This document shows, piece after piece, positions 1-14,851 of a stretch of 36,158 bases of DNA. The notes below the pieces were generated by a model that ran no database searches, had not been told where the DNA came from, and saw nothing but the letters and a program-made list of their open reading frames with translations. The stretch lies in contig JYFJ02005423.1 in NCBI GenBank assembly GCA_000934665.2, forward strand, positions 1 through 36,158, written 5' to 3'. The DNA comes from Catajapyx aquilonaris. Lineage: Eukaryota. Position 1 is the stretch's first letter. Each line of letters starts with the position of its first letter. The position numbers and the translations under genes are program-made.

Positions 1-2069
1 CGGACATTCTTTGTGCGGTTCATAGTACACAATGTTCAAAACAAATATTGTTCAATTGTGCTGAGGTTAAAAGTCCTATTTAGTCGGATTGGTACAGAGT
101 GCGCAATATATCAGACCGTGAAATGAACGGCATTTCTCGATATTAGGGCACTCGATCGATCTGCATATTATTTTTTTTGGTTGCATTCCAAAAATGCGTC
201 ATAGTGGCTGGAATTATTACGCCATCATGAGTGCCACTATGTTCAATTATCACTTAACGGCCTATTAAAACACGACAATTAAAACTGGTTGAAGGGTGCT
301 TGGAATCCTAACGGTTTTGCGAACTGATTTGACCAGTTATGTCCTCTCTCGCCTCTAAATTGAAATAAAATGGAGTAATCAACGCGCTTGATGTGCAGGT
401 TTTTGAAATTTGCCACCACCAATGATGCAATCTGAGTATTCGTGCCGAACAGCAACACAGTTTCCTGCTACCCGTGTAATTGTCAAACTTTGTCTCTAAT
501 TAATTAGTCAGCTCTGGAAAGTATTTGGAAGGCAACCTGAACTATAGTTTACCAGCTAAATCCAAATGCATGAAACATTATTTACTAAACTCGTCGTTAG
601 CAATGCGCAAAATTAGCGCACCAAATTTTCTACTTTAGCTGTCCCAGTAGTGAATTAGTGCATGTAAACTGTGCGAGCGACAAATGCAATTATGTTGTAC
701 GCAGGTGTACAGTACATGAATACAGTGATTACAGCACGAATTAATCCGCCTGATGTTTCGCGACAACTCGTCAACCTTTTTGTGTGTGTCGACAGAACTT
801 GATTTGTCGAGTTCGCATTGCTCTATCGCAAAATAAAAACAACGGCAGTCCCCGTAAAAGTCAAGTCGTTAATCAGTCTTCCATCATCGTATCTCGACAA
901 CACGGCAGCTACAAAATGGGGTCCACACGAGTCTTCTCCAGCACATACTCCTTTTCATGCCTCCCCGACCTAGAATCGGCCGTAAAGAAAAGGTGTGAAA
1001 AGTTCCAGCCCCAAACCTTTTTTTTTTTTGCAAAAGAACACAAAAATTTGGACCAAACTTCTCCACATCTTTTTTTTGTGAAGGAAAATTCTGGGGCATG
1101 TTTGTATTCCGCTCTGGTGCTTACCTTCTGGCGGTCTTACCCATACCTCATTTACACTGTGTCAACACACCTATTCCCAGCTATGCCGCCCTTTGTTATG
1201 AGCACTCGGGTCTCCCACCAGATCTATTTCCACAAGTGTCGACTAATGTGTAGTCTGGCCATGTTAAAGGAGCTCTCAGGAGGCAAAATCCCCTACCGAG
1301 GGTTTTTATAGTCACGATATACCATGAGCATGTCGGGAGCTTGCTACGGTTTCAATTTCCTGTCACTGTCTCCCTGGGTGATGTCAAAGGGAGGCGTTAT
1401 CCACATAAAAGTTTACTTTGTTGCCACGTGGGAATAGCCCAGAAAATTATCGACCACATGCAAAAATGGCAATGCTGCGTTACTCCCAGCTTAATGAAAG
1501 GATAACATTCAGTGTGACTCACAATAATTAAAATGATAAATTTACGAAATACATTTTGAGGGAAAAGGTGCGCAATACCGCAGTAATATTTTACCAGATG
1601 CTGGTCTCTGCAGTGTGACTAATGTTAGTTGTTATAGACTGAACAGACCGTGACAACACGCTTGTCTAAGTTCAGTCCCACATGCATTTATATCTACTTC
1701 CGTGACGTTGAACAACGCGGGTTCACACCTTTAAATAATTTTTCACTACATACCCGCTACATGCGCTAAGTACACACTTTTTTTGAAGCATGTTACAACA
1801 CCTGACACTAAAGTGGTTTTGAAGCCAGTAATTTGACTCCTTACGTAACACTTCTGTCTACAATCTAGGTCAAAAAGTCGCTTTTGAACCAATACGCCGT
1901 AGGACATTTCTCTTTAAAAGCAATAAGTAACGTATATGCCTCCAGACACAATATTATTTTTTTCCCATGCCTCATCTTGCGGCTAAGAAGTTGAAACAGT
2001 CTGCAGCTTAAGACCTCCTGCACCAATAGAGCGCTGAAAATAAGCTCTATCATAGCATCGCCCTATAGA

Positions 2070-2150
2070 AAGTACGCCCCTAGGGACTTGAACCAGATTC
2101 TATGATTACTCTCCTGGAACAACGTCTGCTTTCCAATAGGGTACGCCCAC
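2070..2150 (-). mobile_element. Degenerate tRNA-like (SINE) head
   Basis: Minus-strand B box GGTTCAAGTCC (2084-2094) with an A-box-like TACCCTATTGG about 45 nt upstream; no intact cloverleaf and no TSD found. Confidence 0.35.
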
Positions 2151-5100
2151 AGATATTGCACCGGTACACAATAACTTTCACCCTCAATATACACATTAAA
2201 AAGACGGATGAACATTCTTGCTGACGTTTACAGATTTTGTGCTAATCCTTTGATGAGCAAGGCGGAACTAAGGGACTGTAAGGGGTTGAATATCTCTTGT
2301 AATTGGACTGTGTAATCCCGAGACGGACTTGAATGGGCTAGACACAAATGCTCTTTACAAGTTTCAATTTGGTTTAGATAGATTAGTTGCGCCTGATGAA
2401 TTTGATAAGCTGGAAGGTTGTTAGAATCGGAGGATTTGAAAGGCACGAGTGCTGGATGTGACGGAGGATTTAATTTTTGCTTTGGATCAGACTTGCTCTG
2501 GAGTACCCTTGTACTGTACAGAAATTAGCAAATGGAATCCCACACAAAAACTGTTCCCCTGGCAGAATATACGAATCCATACCGATTTGTACAGAGGCGC
2601 TGTACTGCACTATAGGTACAGCCTATAACATAACATTAGGGGAACAAACTATGCATCAATATCAGCGGCGGAAAAAATATATAAATTGCAGAATTTTTAG
2701 AACACAGATGTCCTTGCAGGTCTTCGTCATTTAATTTGTAATACAAGCGACGACAAAAGAATATCATCATCTACAAGTTCAAGGCAACCACGTTTTTTGC
2801 AGGCTTCTACACTCTGCTGGTTAGTATACACAAAGCATGCTGATCAATACAATATCTTCAAAATGCACGTCAGTTTTATGGGCTCTGTTACAGTACACGT
2901 TAGTTATGCAAAGGTTTCTTTTGCATTTTGCTATGCTTCAACGAAATGATCGTGTCATTAAAAATGTCACGGTCTATCCCTGACTCTAACGTCTCTTATG
3001 GGATCGACATATAATTTGTTATTAAACATTAAAATGCCTACACCTCAGCCAGGACTATCACTCATTGTGTGCAAGGGATCATCACGGATCTCTTGAGTCG
3101 CCATCACCCGGACTAATCCGGATCAAAGGATGAAACCTGCACATAAATTATTCCGACACGTCTCAACTCCTCCCTCTCACGAGGTTTCAAAGCACCCCCT
3201 CTTCTCACGGCATCTAATGGACCGATGGCGAAACCCAAGGCAGCCATTACCAGAAACCGACCATTTCTCTCCGCTCCATTTCTTTCTCGAGTTTCTTCCC
3301 TCAAAACTTCAAACAGCAAGGGCTGCACTATATACACCTGACGCCCAAAAGTGCCTCGGGACTACACTTTCAATTAGCTCCCCTTTCAAACACTTTGCCA
3401 TTTTTAGCCATGGCTTTTTTTTCTCTCGCCAAAAAAAAATTGGATTACAACCACAGTGCACAGGATAATTCTGCAATAAAAGACAAGTTGAAGTAGCCTG
3501 ATAATTATCGCAAATGGATCTTTCCTTGAAGGTGTAATTTCGCTCTTTGCAGATTTACGACTCCGGATTCCAAGTTTCCGAAATTTGCACGAACCGCCTT
3601 TATTACGTTCCAAGGCCAGAATATGTTTGTTCTTATGGCACAGAATCGATACCAATTTCGGTTGGCCCCGGCATGTGAAAGAATGTCAACTGCCCATTCA
3701 GACATAGGAAGTCTTCCGATGCACTTAAAGGGACATGCTTCCAGGACTTTTCCTGGAAGCACTTTGGACTTATAGAGCTGGTCTGATGGGGATTACACCG
3801 GAGGTATGTTAGTGTTAATGTGTATTAAGAGTCGACGGAAGGACGTATCTCGGGAGGGTTGACATGTCTGCGTCAAACAACAATGAAGCCTAGGTATTAA
3901 ACTTAATTAGGAGGCAGGCAGTACCGCAAGTTTTTACTCCAGGGAGCTTATGTTGAGAGCTGAGCTACGGCTCGTCAGGGAATATCCTGCGGTATATTTT
4001 AGGAACCTGGGGGGGAAAAAATCAGCAGGTCGTCAAATTTTAAATGGCATTATTATACTTTGAAGAAGACAACGTTTGCTCTTTGATGTCCAAACAATGA
4101 GCATGCGTCGCAAGTGTGTTTAACCAGGGATTTGTGGACCGGTTGGTTTCCGGAAAAACTGGTCGGTCAAGCTAAATAGTTCGTTTGGATTGACCATAGC
4201 CCCGATTTTAGTGCGGCCACTGCCAGCAGCCGCAAGGCTTTATGAATAATTATAGCGTCATTACGAGTGGCGTTGGGCCTTTTGCCTCGTCCAGACGGCG
4301 TCGTAAACGAAAAGCCTGGGGACACTGTGAGCACGGCCACCCTCCGGACATGCCAAGGTCCAACTGCCCCATCTGTACATATACTGTACAGTTAGCGGTA
4401 CTCATTCATAACAGCAGTATAACAGTCAGACACACGCATGATGTTCAATCCGGTGGCAATAAATGCATGATCCAGAGGATCGTTAATGAACAGTGATGCC
4501 ATTTACTCCAGATGGCACAAAATATTCGGGTGTAAACTGGCCCCCCCAAAAAATAATTCTCTCAGATGATGCAGGCCTCCAAAACGCAAAACAACATTAG
4601 TACTAACCAAAATTCAGTGTAGCTAACCGCCAGTTCACTGCAGACTAAGATTAGATTTTACGAGGTCTTGACTCTCGACTTATTATAGGGCCATCAAGGG
4701 GCTCCATGGTTTAACGCTGAAGACACATCGGGTAAGGAGGGTATGATAACTCATTTATGTCCGGAAAAGCCTCCCTGCTTTGAGGATGGGCATTTGGGCG
4801 ACAGAGTGTGCCGCCATGAATTAATGAGGTAACTGCCGGGTCAGTACAGGAAAACCGACAATCTTGGTGATGATGTTATGGAAACGGGCCATCCTATACC
4901 ATCTTTGATCAGAAACCGGATCTCTCTCTCTCTCAAGATTGGAAATCGCTTCGAGCACATTAGCAGGACTGGTGGGATTTATTTCGCTTGATTCGGAGGC
5001 GTCGAGAGGAAAAGATTTAAAAAGTTTCAGAGACTCTCTCGGGCACTTTCCTTTCCAACCAACGCCGTGAGATTTCATCAGGTGCAGCTTCCTACGCCCA

Positions 5101-7957
5101 CGTAAATGAATTACTTGGAAAGCTACAGTTAAAGCAGATAATAAGTCGCCGTACTCCAGGAGTAAAGTGAAATTTTCATCGAATTATGGCCTAAACTCTT
5201 TTTTTAAGAAAAGGGGGTTGACTTTTCTATTCGGGTGTTAAAGCACCGGTGAACTGAATTGCTTCTGGGAAATGAAAGGGACTTGTGACGTCTGCCTTTT
5301 ATTGCTGTCTGCATCGCTTTGTTCGTGTAACTGACACTTTTAGCGCAATATGCACATACAGTGCAGCCTGTCACGTTCAACACGAAATTATGCGTCAGTC
5401 AGAGAGGCACCACTGAGCTGTAAACTACACCAGCAGTGCAACATCATAATAGATTTTTAAAAATCGTTGTACGTAAGCAACGAAAAACTACAATGCAATA
5501 TTTTACCGTTGGTTTATTCGCCAGAATGTGGAAGAATAAATCTGATTGCGTTTTAACCAAGGCGTGCATAGCAACAGCCCCGAATCGGTTACAAAAATTA
5601 ATTAACTAAATTACCGGATGCTATCTTACAATCTCAGCATTAAATTGAGGTCGACCAGCCTCGTAATGCAAGTGGGTTGACCCAATAATGCAATGGACTA
5701 CGATTTGAAGTTCCTTCAGGCCATCTTATCTCCTAATGCAAGCAACTTCATCACCTACTCTTAACTCTTCCCACAGGAAAAGCATTCCCTTCCTCTTTGC
5801 ATAATGAAGCGCAAGATTCTGTACCACGGTTTTATTCGGTTATGTGGGGGGCTTGTGAGACTCATTACCTGGCCAGCCTCCCCAAACCCGTCTTTTCCAG
5901 AAAATACATCTCCATCATGAATCTATTTACAGCTTCCGCACCTGCTGCTTCTTCTTCTTCTTCTTCGGTATTATAAAGGAGGCCTGAATTTATTTGCGTA
6001 TCAAAGACGCATTGTTCCTACTTGCTTCCTCATCACGATCATCACCCGACACGCCTATTTGTTCCCCGGAGTATGGCGCAATCCATAAATTACGTCAACC
6101 GGATCTGCTTTCACACCCGTGCCTTGCTTTACTAATGTGTAACTCAAAAGCAAATTATAGAGACTCTGGAACTATTCTGATTATTATTATTGTTCTCCGG
6201 CATGGCTTTAAGATTCTAAGTGAAGATCACGCCCAAAAACTATTCCGAGACTAGACTAGTGTTTTAGGGCAACAATGTGAAGAGATATGCCATGACACCC
6301 TGTTATTGGCATTTTAGTTCGAGGAGGGTTTATCGGCAGTAGAACTGACACCTGCAGAATAAACTGCTCGTTCTGTTGGAACCTACTGCCAATAACGGAT
6401 GTTAGGATGAATTAAGCGGTTTCGAGTGGATAGAATTTAGTTCCCGGTGTGGCACCTTCTCTTGCATTACGTACAGGATGAAGTTATTCAACAAGCCTGG
6501 GCACATTACGACTCTCCATTCTCTTGTTCATCAATCACCCGGCCAGTAATTAGGGCCGGAACGCACAACAGGTGGCCCATGGGCCAAAACTATGGCCCTC
6601 GTATTGATTAACACCCTCAAGGGCAGTACGTATGTGTGAATATATGAAGCAATAACCAAAGACCAATATTTGTAAACGTCAAAAACTAATACAACATAAT
6701 TTATTAGTTAAATTTTCCAAGCCTGCAATACACACCTGCTGCACATTTCCTCAGCATGACTCCCAGCTTTAACGTTGTGGTTAAAAGCACTTGATATGTC
6801 AACATGCCGATGCATTTGGGACCGCAAATGTTCGGTTTGAGCTTGATGGATCCTGTAGTAGACACCCGGAAAAAAATGTGTGTGTGAATGGTGGCTCGAT
6901 GCGATTAGGGGCTTTCTGCAAATTGGATGTACCCAATATCGGATCGGTTCCTGGGCACATGCGACACATCTGTTTGCTTTCGCACAGTCTTTGTATTCTG
7001 CCATTTGATTCCAAAGAGGAAGCTACCGAAAATAGACTCCTTTTAGTAGCTATCTGATGCGCCCATGCTTCAACCTGGACAATAGCTGCTGGACATAAAA
7101 GTCCGGTTTGATTGCAACTCGGAAATAAAACCCAAATGGTTACGTAAGAAGTTACGTAAGTATAAACTACAGTGGCTCATTGCACTATATGTCTCAAATA
7201 AATTTATTGTAGCAATAGCTAGTTTTCATGCGCAGTATAGCCAAACATTTTTTAACTCTCCTGTACAGTACACACTGCAAAGTGTTATCTGACAAACGAA
7301 TTCAAAGCTCTCTCCGGCTCTGATCCAGACCTTGGTCCTTTCAACCAAATTCTTGTTTTTCTTGAAAAAGTTATGCGACTCACGCAGAGTGTCTTCCACG
7401 TCACCGTCAACTTATGTAGAGACACATCTGAAATTCAGCTGCACCGTTCGTCCGATCCTCTTTGTCTCTCTCTGACTCTCTCTCTCTCATCGGAAAACGT
7501 GCTGGACGTGCAGAAACTTTTTCCTCCCAAGTTTTTCCCTCTAAGCTACTGCACGTTTCTGTTGCGGCTGAGCACTCCTATGTTTTTGACACAACTCCTA
7601 ACAACAACATTGTTAGAGCCTGTAAAAGCTACATGCACATTTTCAAGATAATAATGCATGGGACTCGTCAAAAAATACATCGGGCTATTCGATACGCCTG
7701 GTTCAATCAGGAAGGGTAACAACCTCCACAAAAAAAATTCCATTTGTGCGGATACATTAACTGGAGAAAAAACAATGCCTATTTCTGGTTGCAGTAACGG
7801 AATTCAAAACATCAAAGCGAGGAATGTCAGCGGCTTCAAAATAGGAAACAGAGAGGCGGGAAAATGCAACCAGTAATGTAGCCCACGTATATCATACCAC
7901 ATTTCCCTTTTTCTCTCCAAAAAATAACTTTGCTTCAGGCCTGAGTAGTTGGGGGGG

Positions 7958-7963
7958 GAGAGN

Positions 7964-8005
<42 letters not shown>
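7958..8005. repeat. (GA)n microsatellite preceded by a G run
   Basis: Directly visible; contains one N. Confidence 0.95.
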
Positions 8006-8007
<2 letters not shown>

Positions 8008-10473
8008 CTGTGGAGATGACAAAGAAAAAGAACCCGAGCCTTCGTGCTCTCAAGGGAAAATGTTGAACCTTTAAAAACACGGTTTTAAATTGGAGAAAAA
8101 TAATGTGATCACTAATACAATGCGATGCACAGTCCAAATCCGCATAATTTTATACAACTGATGCAAAATTCGTGTCAATATTATTTTCATTTAAATTATA
8201 TATAGTAATGCAATTTCGGTTGTCTATACCTGCTGTGAATAAACATTGATCCAAACAATCAAATCTGCAAACCCATTATGGAAAGTAAATCTCCCTCGAG
8301 GAACCAGGCATGCATTTAGAACCATTGGCTATATTCTAATTCCTGTTATCGTCAGATGAAGTTAGTTCGTTTGCGATTCCTCGCGGCGCGGAAATGGACA
8401 CGGAATAATATTGGACCAAAGTTCGTTTCACAGGATGTGTAAGAGGACTTACTGCTTCATGCATCCCCACGTCGTACCCCCTGATACTTCAGACATATCC
8501 TAAGACGGTACTTTCTGGTGAAGCCATGCACGACAATGACCAATTTCAAGTCCTAAGTACGCTGTGTTGCCCCAAGTAATTCGAGTCTCTTTAATGCTTT
8601 GTACTAACTAAAGGAGGATGGCAAATAGCGCATTTTGGCAGCGTCACTTGGTTCTGTTTTGGGTTAATCTGGTCTGGAGATTCTTCGAGTCGTTTTCAGG
8701 GCCAAAGTTTAGAAAAAGTCTGGACCTGCAGTGATGCTTCGAGTGATTGGATTGCTCTCCTGCGGGATTACTTCACCTCGAACTGTCATTCGCACACAAA
8801 TGAGCATGCACGGTTGGAAAATAATGATGAATGCATGTGACCTCCGATGGGCAAACGTGGTTGTCACATGGTTCTAAGTGTAAGCCACAAAATTAATGCA
8901 TTTAAGCACCTTTATTTGCATATACGAGTATTTCTGACGTGATTGTACACACAAGAGTGGTGTGGCATTTTCGCGTCTAGTGCATGAGGGGTTGCCAAGG
9001 TAACATCGCCATAAATCAAGTGCTCGTAGGATACGTCATCACAAATGACGGGCTGCATTTGGGTTTAATAAGCGAGCTTGTTATTTAATATTATATTACT
9101 ACACAGGACAACAGCGGATGATTTTGAACTGGGTGCTGTTTCCGTCATTTATAGCTGGAATTTTGGTGAAATAATTACTGGTTGGAAAAATAGGGCCCCC
9201 AGCATCTTTCTAACTGGTTGCTAGAGTGAACAATCCATAAATATCCACTCTTTTGATCTGAATACTTAGGCAGTGCTTGTGCAATTTGTCACTGTTTAAA
9301 TAGAATTGTTAAAAACAAATAGCCAATATCGTCAGGGGTCCTACACTCTTGTACTTCAAATAAATTAAATTCATAACCGAAAACATTCTGAAGATATCCT
9401 TAATCGATACACTTTTATTATATTCAAATATGGTGAGTCACGTAACTCCACAAAAAGTTACGCAACTAGACAAAGGATACCCTAACGAGGAAGTAGTTTG
9501 CTTTAAACGTTAATGCAGCCCCCACTTTGCAAATTTCACCTGCCAAAAGGTTGTTTGCAAGCCGTCACCGTAAAATATACAGCTCCCCAACACAGGTATT
9601 GTCCTACCTCATATCCCCACCTGCTCCAAACCTTAATTGGATCAATGAGCAATTAAGGGAAACGCAGTCCAACCTACGCCTCAACCCAATACACCCTGCG
9701 GAGGTCCGGCGTGCAAAAGGTCTATCGGAAACGGTTGATCCACTCCCACGCCTATGTCGTTGGCACAGCTTCCATAGAACCTTTATTGCTGCCAAGACAT
9801 GACGCTAAAACAAAATAAACTCTTCAACGTCACACTGTCAGTCTGTTTTTAATATTCAGCTCGTTAAATTACAAGACAGCGCAACAAAACAAATCCTGAC
9901 ATTGTGATGAACTTCTGGAGGATTCTACAGGAGACTTGGACAGGACCTTTTTCCGCCTACAGTGTCCACAATTCCATCACCGTTTGATGAGATTGAGCAG
10001 TTTATAAATATCCGGGTTATTCTGAGAATTTTCCGGACAACACAATATTCGGAGTCACTGAGTCCAAAATCCTGGTATCGCACATCCCCAGACATATTTT
10101 GCTCGGAAAAGTTCATGCTTCAAGGTGTAGGATTTACCGGAACTGAAAAGGAGGATTTTTCAATTTCTCAGCTTTTTTTGTCAATTATTTTGCTACTGAC
10201 TAACCGAAAGAGCACCCAGATATTTCAAGTAAATTTTGAATTTGAAAAAATAATCGGATGGTACCCGCGTATTATGCAGTACAGTAAACCAAACACTTTC
10301 TAGCAATACTGTATGGAGGTTTTCAAGTGTTTCCAGAACTGGGTTGTGCACCTGACGTCGCAAAAATTTTATGCTTCCCCACCCAAACCGAAACTCTGAA
10401 CGGTTATTTCACTTCCCCGGGAGTAACGGAGCGCTGTTATTAAAATCGCTTCCAGCCATCAGTAGTGGTTTCG

Positions 10474-10495
10474 AGGGGGGGGGGGGGGGGGGGGG
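10474..10495. repeat. Poly-G homopolymer
   Basis: About 22 consecutive G; an N nearby suggests the length is uncertain. Confidence 0.9.
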
Positions 10496-11381
10496 TTTGC
10501 ATGGAGGGCATCGCAATNCGTCATTAATCCAAACTATACACAGTATAATACAATATCTCCGACTTTTTTTGCCTGCTTTTTGAGTTTTGGATGCAACCGA
10601 TTTACGTCATAGAAATGACAAATTTGGGCGAAATCCCTCGACAATAGCTGGAGACAAACTGCCCATTACCTCACGCACGACTAAGGTAATGCTTGTTAAC
10701 GACGTTATAAATTATAAACGCATTGCCGGTGATTTTGGTGAGAGCTTGGCTTTTGCAAAATATAGCTTGATGGTAATTAGTCTTACACGATCGTGAAAAT
10801 TATCCGAGGCCGGATTTTGCAGTCATCCAATCCGCAAATTACAGGAAAGTTAACAGTTTGTTGAGAGGCGCGTATCAGTTTGAAGGCGTCTTGCGGTATT
10901 GAGCGTTGGTTTCAAGATCATTATGGATTCCAGCAGTATAGCAAACCTGGGCCTAGATTACTACTGGGGAGAGACGTCTTCTATATAGGAGGAGGCACGT
11001 ACTTGACTTCAGTCAAGTGCAAATGAAATGCCTTACAGCAGAAGCAGCAGGTTGTGCTGTGGCAATTTCTCAAACCATACACATCATCAGGGTTGTGTTC
11101 CCCCAGAATCGATCAAATTTGATCAACGGAGGTGTCGATCTGTCACCATAATAGATATTCCGGGCATGCAAATCTTGTTAACTGCGGTTACACGGCACCG
11201 GAAACGTTAGTGGGGTGCACAAACGCCGTACCTCAAAAACACGAGTCAGTAATTGCTTCAAATGACTGATGGGGCGTATCCATAAATGCATAAAATTATT
11301 CGTCATTGCAACTATTTTTATTCACACAACCCAATAGAGGCATAATTCGTGTGTAAAGCATCATCATTGCGGGAAATGCCT

Positions 11382-11408
11382 ATTTATTTATTTATTTATT
11401 TATTTATA
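11382..11408. repeat. (ATTT)n microsatellite
   Basis: Directly visible. Confidence 0.85.
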
Positions 11409-13941
11409 AAAATCAACATCAGTCCGATTGTATATGAATACGCATTATGTGAAACAAAAATTCGTGTAAGTTTTTGCATTACATAATCATACATTTTCTC
11501 ACGACTTAGTTGATTAGAAATGGATCTCAATTTGCGTTCACAGGTGCGTTATTAACACGTCGCTGTCTTACAGACTCCGCTCGTTCTTTTTTCCAAAGCA
11601 ATGTCAAACTTTTTTTAGCAAAAAAAAAAACAATGCCGCGGAAGTCTGCAAGTAATCCAATTAATCTTCCACGCGGGCATAATTTGTACAAAGTTTCACA
11701 CCCTCCTTTGGTGCTACAAATAACTTCGCAGACTTGGCAGCATCTGAAGAATAAAACATTACCTGACCGGATACTGATCAGCATCAGGCGACGCTATTGA
11801 TCCGTACGTGTTCTGTCAAACAACGATACGTCTCTCGTTGGAAAATTACACTCCCAAATGTGCGACTGATGCGATATACACACCGCAATTTATTCATGGA
11901 TTTAAACCAGAGATTGGCCTCGCCCACTGACCTCCCCAGAGCTATAGCAAACAAATCCGGAATCTATCTTATATCTATAGTTTTATACCCCTCACAATAT
12001 TCACTTGTTTAAAAAAAAATTGTAAAATATTTTGTACAACATTTTGCATTTTTTTTTAAACAGGGTTTAGGTATGTGGGAGCGAGTAACTAATGACAGCT
12101 GTTTTAGACTTGATAGGTTTACAGAACGAGACATTAACTACCGCAAACACATGCCGCATGTCACGTACTATAGAAGTCTAACATATTGCTCGCATGCCAC
12201 AGTGTATACGTGCTTCCTGTTCTCTTTGACGGCATTTTGAATCCAGTCGAGTGAGCTCTCGAAAAATGTTGACAGTCATAATGTGTCAATTTTGGGTGAT
12301 GTAATCGTTATTGGGGCATGCATTCCGGATGAGTGTAATAACGCTGTGATGGTTAAGCCGGTACGTGACACACATTTTTTGGAACGTAGGAGGAGCATTT
12401 CGCATCGTTTGTGTTTAATGCATGTGTGGTAGGGGGGAAAATAGTGAGCATTTCCCATATGGGATTTAGGCGAAGTTCTAAGCTGAAATTATTCTAGCTG
12501 ATTTAAGGCTCCATTGGGGAGAAAATTGCGTGGTAATTTTCGTTTGATATTGATGCATGTTGTTGAATATTATTTTTGGTTAAGCTAAAAAGATAGTGCA
12601 TAACATGCAGGACATTCCCTGTTCAGGTAAGGAATGGCATGCAAATGATTGAAAATCTCCCAACTAAAAAATTATGGACACTTTCCGCCATCTTTCATTA
12701 CAAATGTTTCAGCACTTACCCACATTTTTGTGGTAGATTACATAGATTATATGGTCCACTCGCTAGAATGTGCCTTTAATCGTATCCCCCAAAATATGTC
12801 ACACTGTGCACTTCGAGCAGTTTCATCACGTCACAGTGCTAACTAGTGCCAAATTGGTATCAAATTAATATCACGTTCAAACTTAAATTGGCATCCATGC
12901 AACATGCACGTGCTTTGCATTCAACCGCTCTATGCAACACGCTCCAATATCCAATACGGCGACAGGCCCCCCCTACATATTCCAATCGTGATTAAAATTA
13001 TGCAAAGTCTGACACCCGCACGCAACATGAACCTTTTCCAATCCAGCAAATCCGACATTGTACGAGTTAACAACCAGCGCACCATGCACTGAACATAAAA
13101 CAGTAATTGAACCTAGCTGTTCAACCCCCATAACTTCAGAACCCAAAAAGCGCAAAATAATGCACCAATTGAATAAAATGATGGCCTACTGTGTGGTGAT
13201 TGTGTCCGATGGAGCAGCAGCCTTCCCTGGTGGGTGGGCCGAAGCCAAATGCTTTCAGAGGACCTGCTCTGCCTCACTTTTTTTTTGGGTGCAAAATATA
13301 GTAGTAGATCGGTGGAAGGTAGTCAGGGAGCAGTCGCAGCCACGCCTCCGGGTTCTGAATCAAAGCTGCCCACACGCAGATCTTCGCAGTGATGCTGCTA
13401 CATACAGTATATAGCATCGGCCAGCTATCAATTAATAATAGGTTGGTAGCTAATAAAGAAAACATGGGCGCATTGTGGCAAAAAAAAAAACTATAAAAGG
13501 CTGAAACAACAAACCGAGTGTTTGCTCAACCGGGTGGATTTGGTTTTATCTCCAGAGTGCAATTCTCAGTAGTGCCGGGATTAAATTACGAGCATAATGG
13601 GATTTCTGTATGGGTGGACTGGTCCAGGTCCAAAAACCCGGAAACGTTTACCCGCCGACATGTCATATTAAAGGCTAGTAAGGCAGAGGCCGTAAAATGA
13701 GCTTTTGCGCTACTGTTACGGGGACTGTCAGGCAGGTGGAATCGCTCGGAATAATGTGCACAATGCACATGTCCTTACAGAAGATGGGTTACACTCAATC
13801 GTTTGATTAGACTTACAGTGTAGGTCATATATAATTATTTGCAGATTGTAGTATTATCATGCACACGATTTTTTTTTATATGTAGACCTTTCTCTAGGAA
13901 ACTGCTGCATGTATCCTAATGTAACGAAATAAACAAATAAA

Positions 13942-14363
13942 TCTTATACTGTATACACTATAAGGCAAAGTTTGTCGGTATGTCCCATTTCCATTCCCCT
14001 CTACAGCCCTACTCTTCCATAGCCACGTGTTACATCTTACCATCGCAACTCTTCTACCATTTATTCAATATATATTATGACCATATTAATTCTTCAATTT
14101 CCGTGCGAAGAACGGGTATTCTGCTAGTAAATATAGCAGTAAAGCAGAAAGTTTGTCTGTATGTTCGGGCTACATAACCCACTTTCGGACTACAGATATT
14201 ACTGAAACTTGGCACACGTTGGCTTACGTGCTGCTGATTGATGGAAAAGTCCGAAAACGGCACTTTTTAAAGTCTAAATTACTATGGATTTTTCCGGTCA
14301 GCGGTAATACTGGTTTACTTTACCATTGGAACAGGTCGTGCGAAGAACGGGCTCCGCTCCTAG
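13942..14363 (+). mobile_element. Two tandem non-autonomous Helitron-like units
   Basis: Starts A|TC; both units carry AAAGTTTGTC(G/T)GTATGT near their 5' end (13967, 14148) and end with CGTGCGAAGAACGGG (14102, 14337) followed by CTAG|T (14124-14127, 14360-14363). Confidence 0.68.
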
Positions 14364-14514
14364 TAAGTCATACGTCTCCGTCATGTCGTGCCGCAAATTT
14401 CGGAAAGAAGCATCATTCGCCATCTACTGATTTCCATACCAACTTCTCTTGTGTCAACTGCTAGTCTAAGTATGACCCTGTTTTGACCTAATAGGGCACA
14501 ATGTCATGGCCACT

Positions 14515-14851
14515 AGGGGAGGCGAAGTGGCGCAACGGTAACGTTCGCGCCCACGGATGTTAAGGTCCCGGGTTCGATCTCTGCCCGGGGACACCCCCTT
14601 CATCTCGTGCAGAGTAAAGTGTCGTCTCTGACTTCGTCTCGGGTGGAATATCCACAGACTAATTCACCCGGGGGAGCTCACAAAACGACCACATGCGGAC
14701 AAGGCACTGCACTTGCACATCCCCTCCTGTCATCCCTTCCTGCCCGTAGGCCCGGGCGCTGTATAAATAGGATCCAATTGTATTTGACGAGTAATAAAGG
14801 TCCGGCAAGACCCCAATAGGGGTACGCCTATACCCAATTATTATTATTATT
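14515..14851 (+). mobile_element. tRNA(Arg-ACG)-derived SINE, full length
   Basis: Head GGGGAGGCGAAGTGGCGCAACGGTAACG (A box) ... GGTTCGATCTC (B box); (TTA)n tail; perfect 14-bp TSD ATGTCATGGCCACT at 14501-14514 and 14852-14865. Confidence 0.88.

Noticed and set aside
784..1311. 175-aa ORF
   Set aside because: GTG start, poly-T-derived Phe run, no recognisable domain and no splice support
3553..3803. Plus-strand exon-like segment (tttgcag| ... GAG|GTATGT)
   Set aside because: All three frames contain stops; a non-coding exon cannot be supported without transcript data
6550..6605. hAT/Charlie-like left end around the TGGCCCATGGGCCA palindrome
   Set aside because: No partner terminus or TSD found
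14521..14592. tRNA-Arg gene
   Set aside because: The acceptor and anticodon stems do not pair properly, and the sequence continues into a body and tail flanked by a TSD, so it is a SINE head
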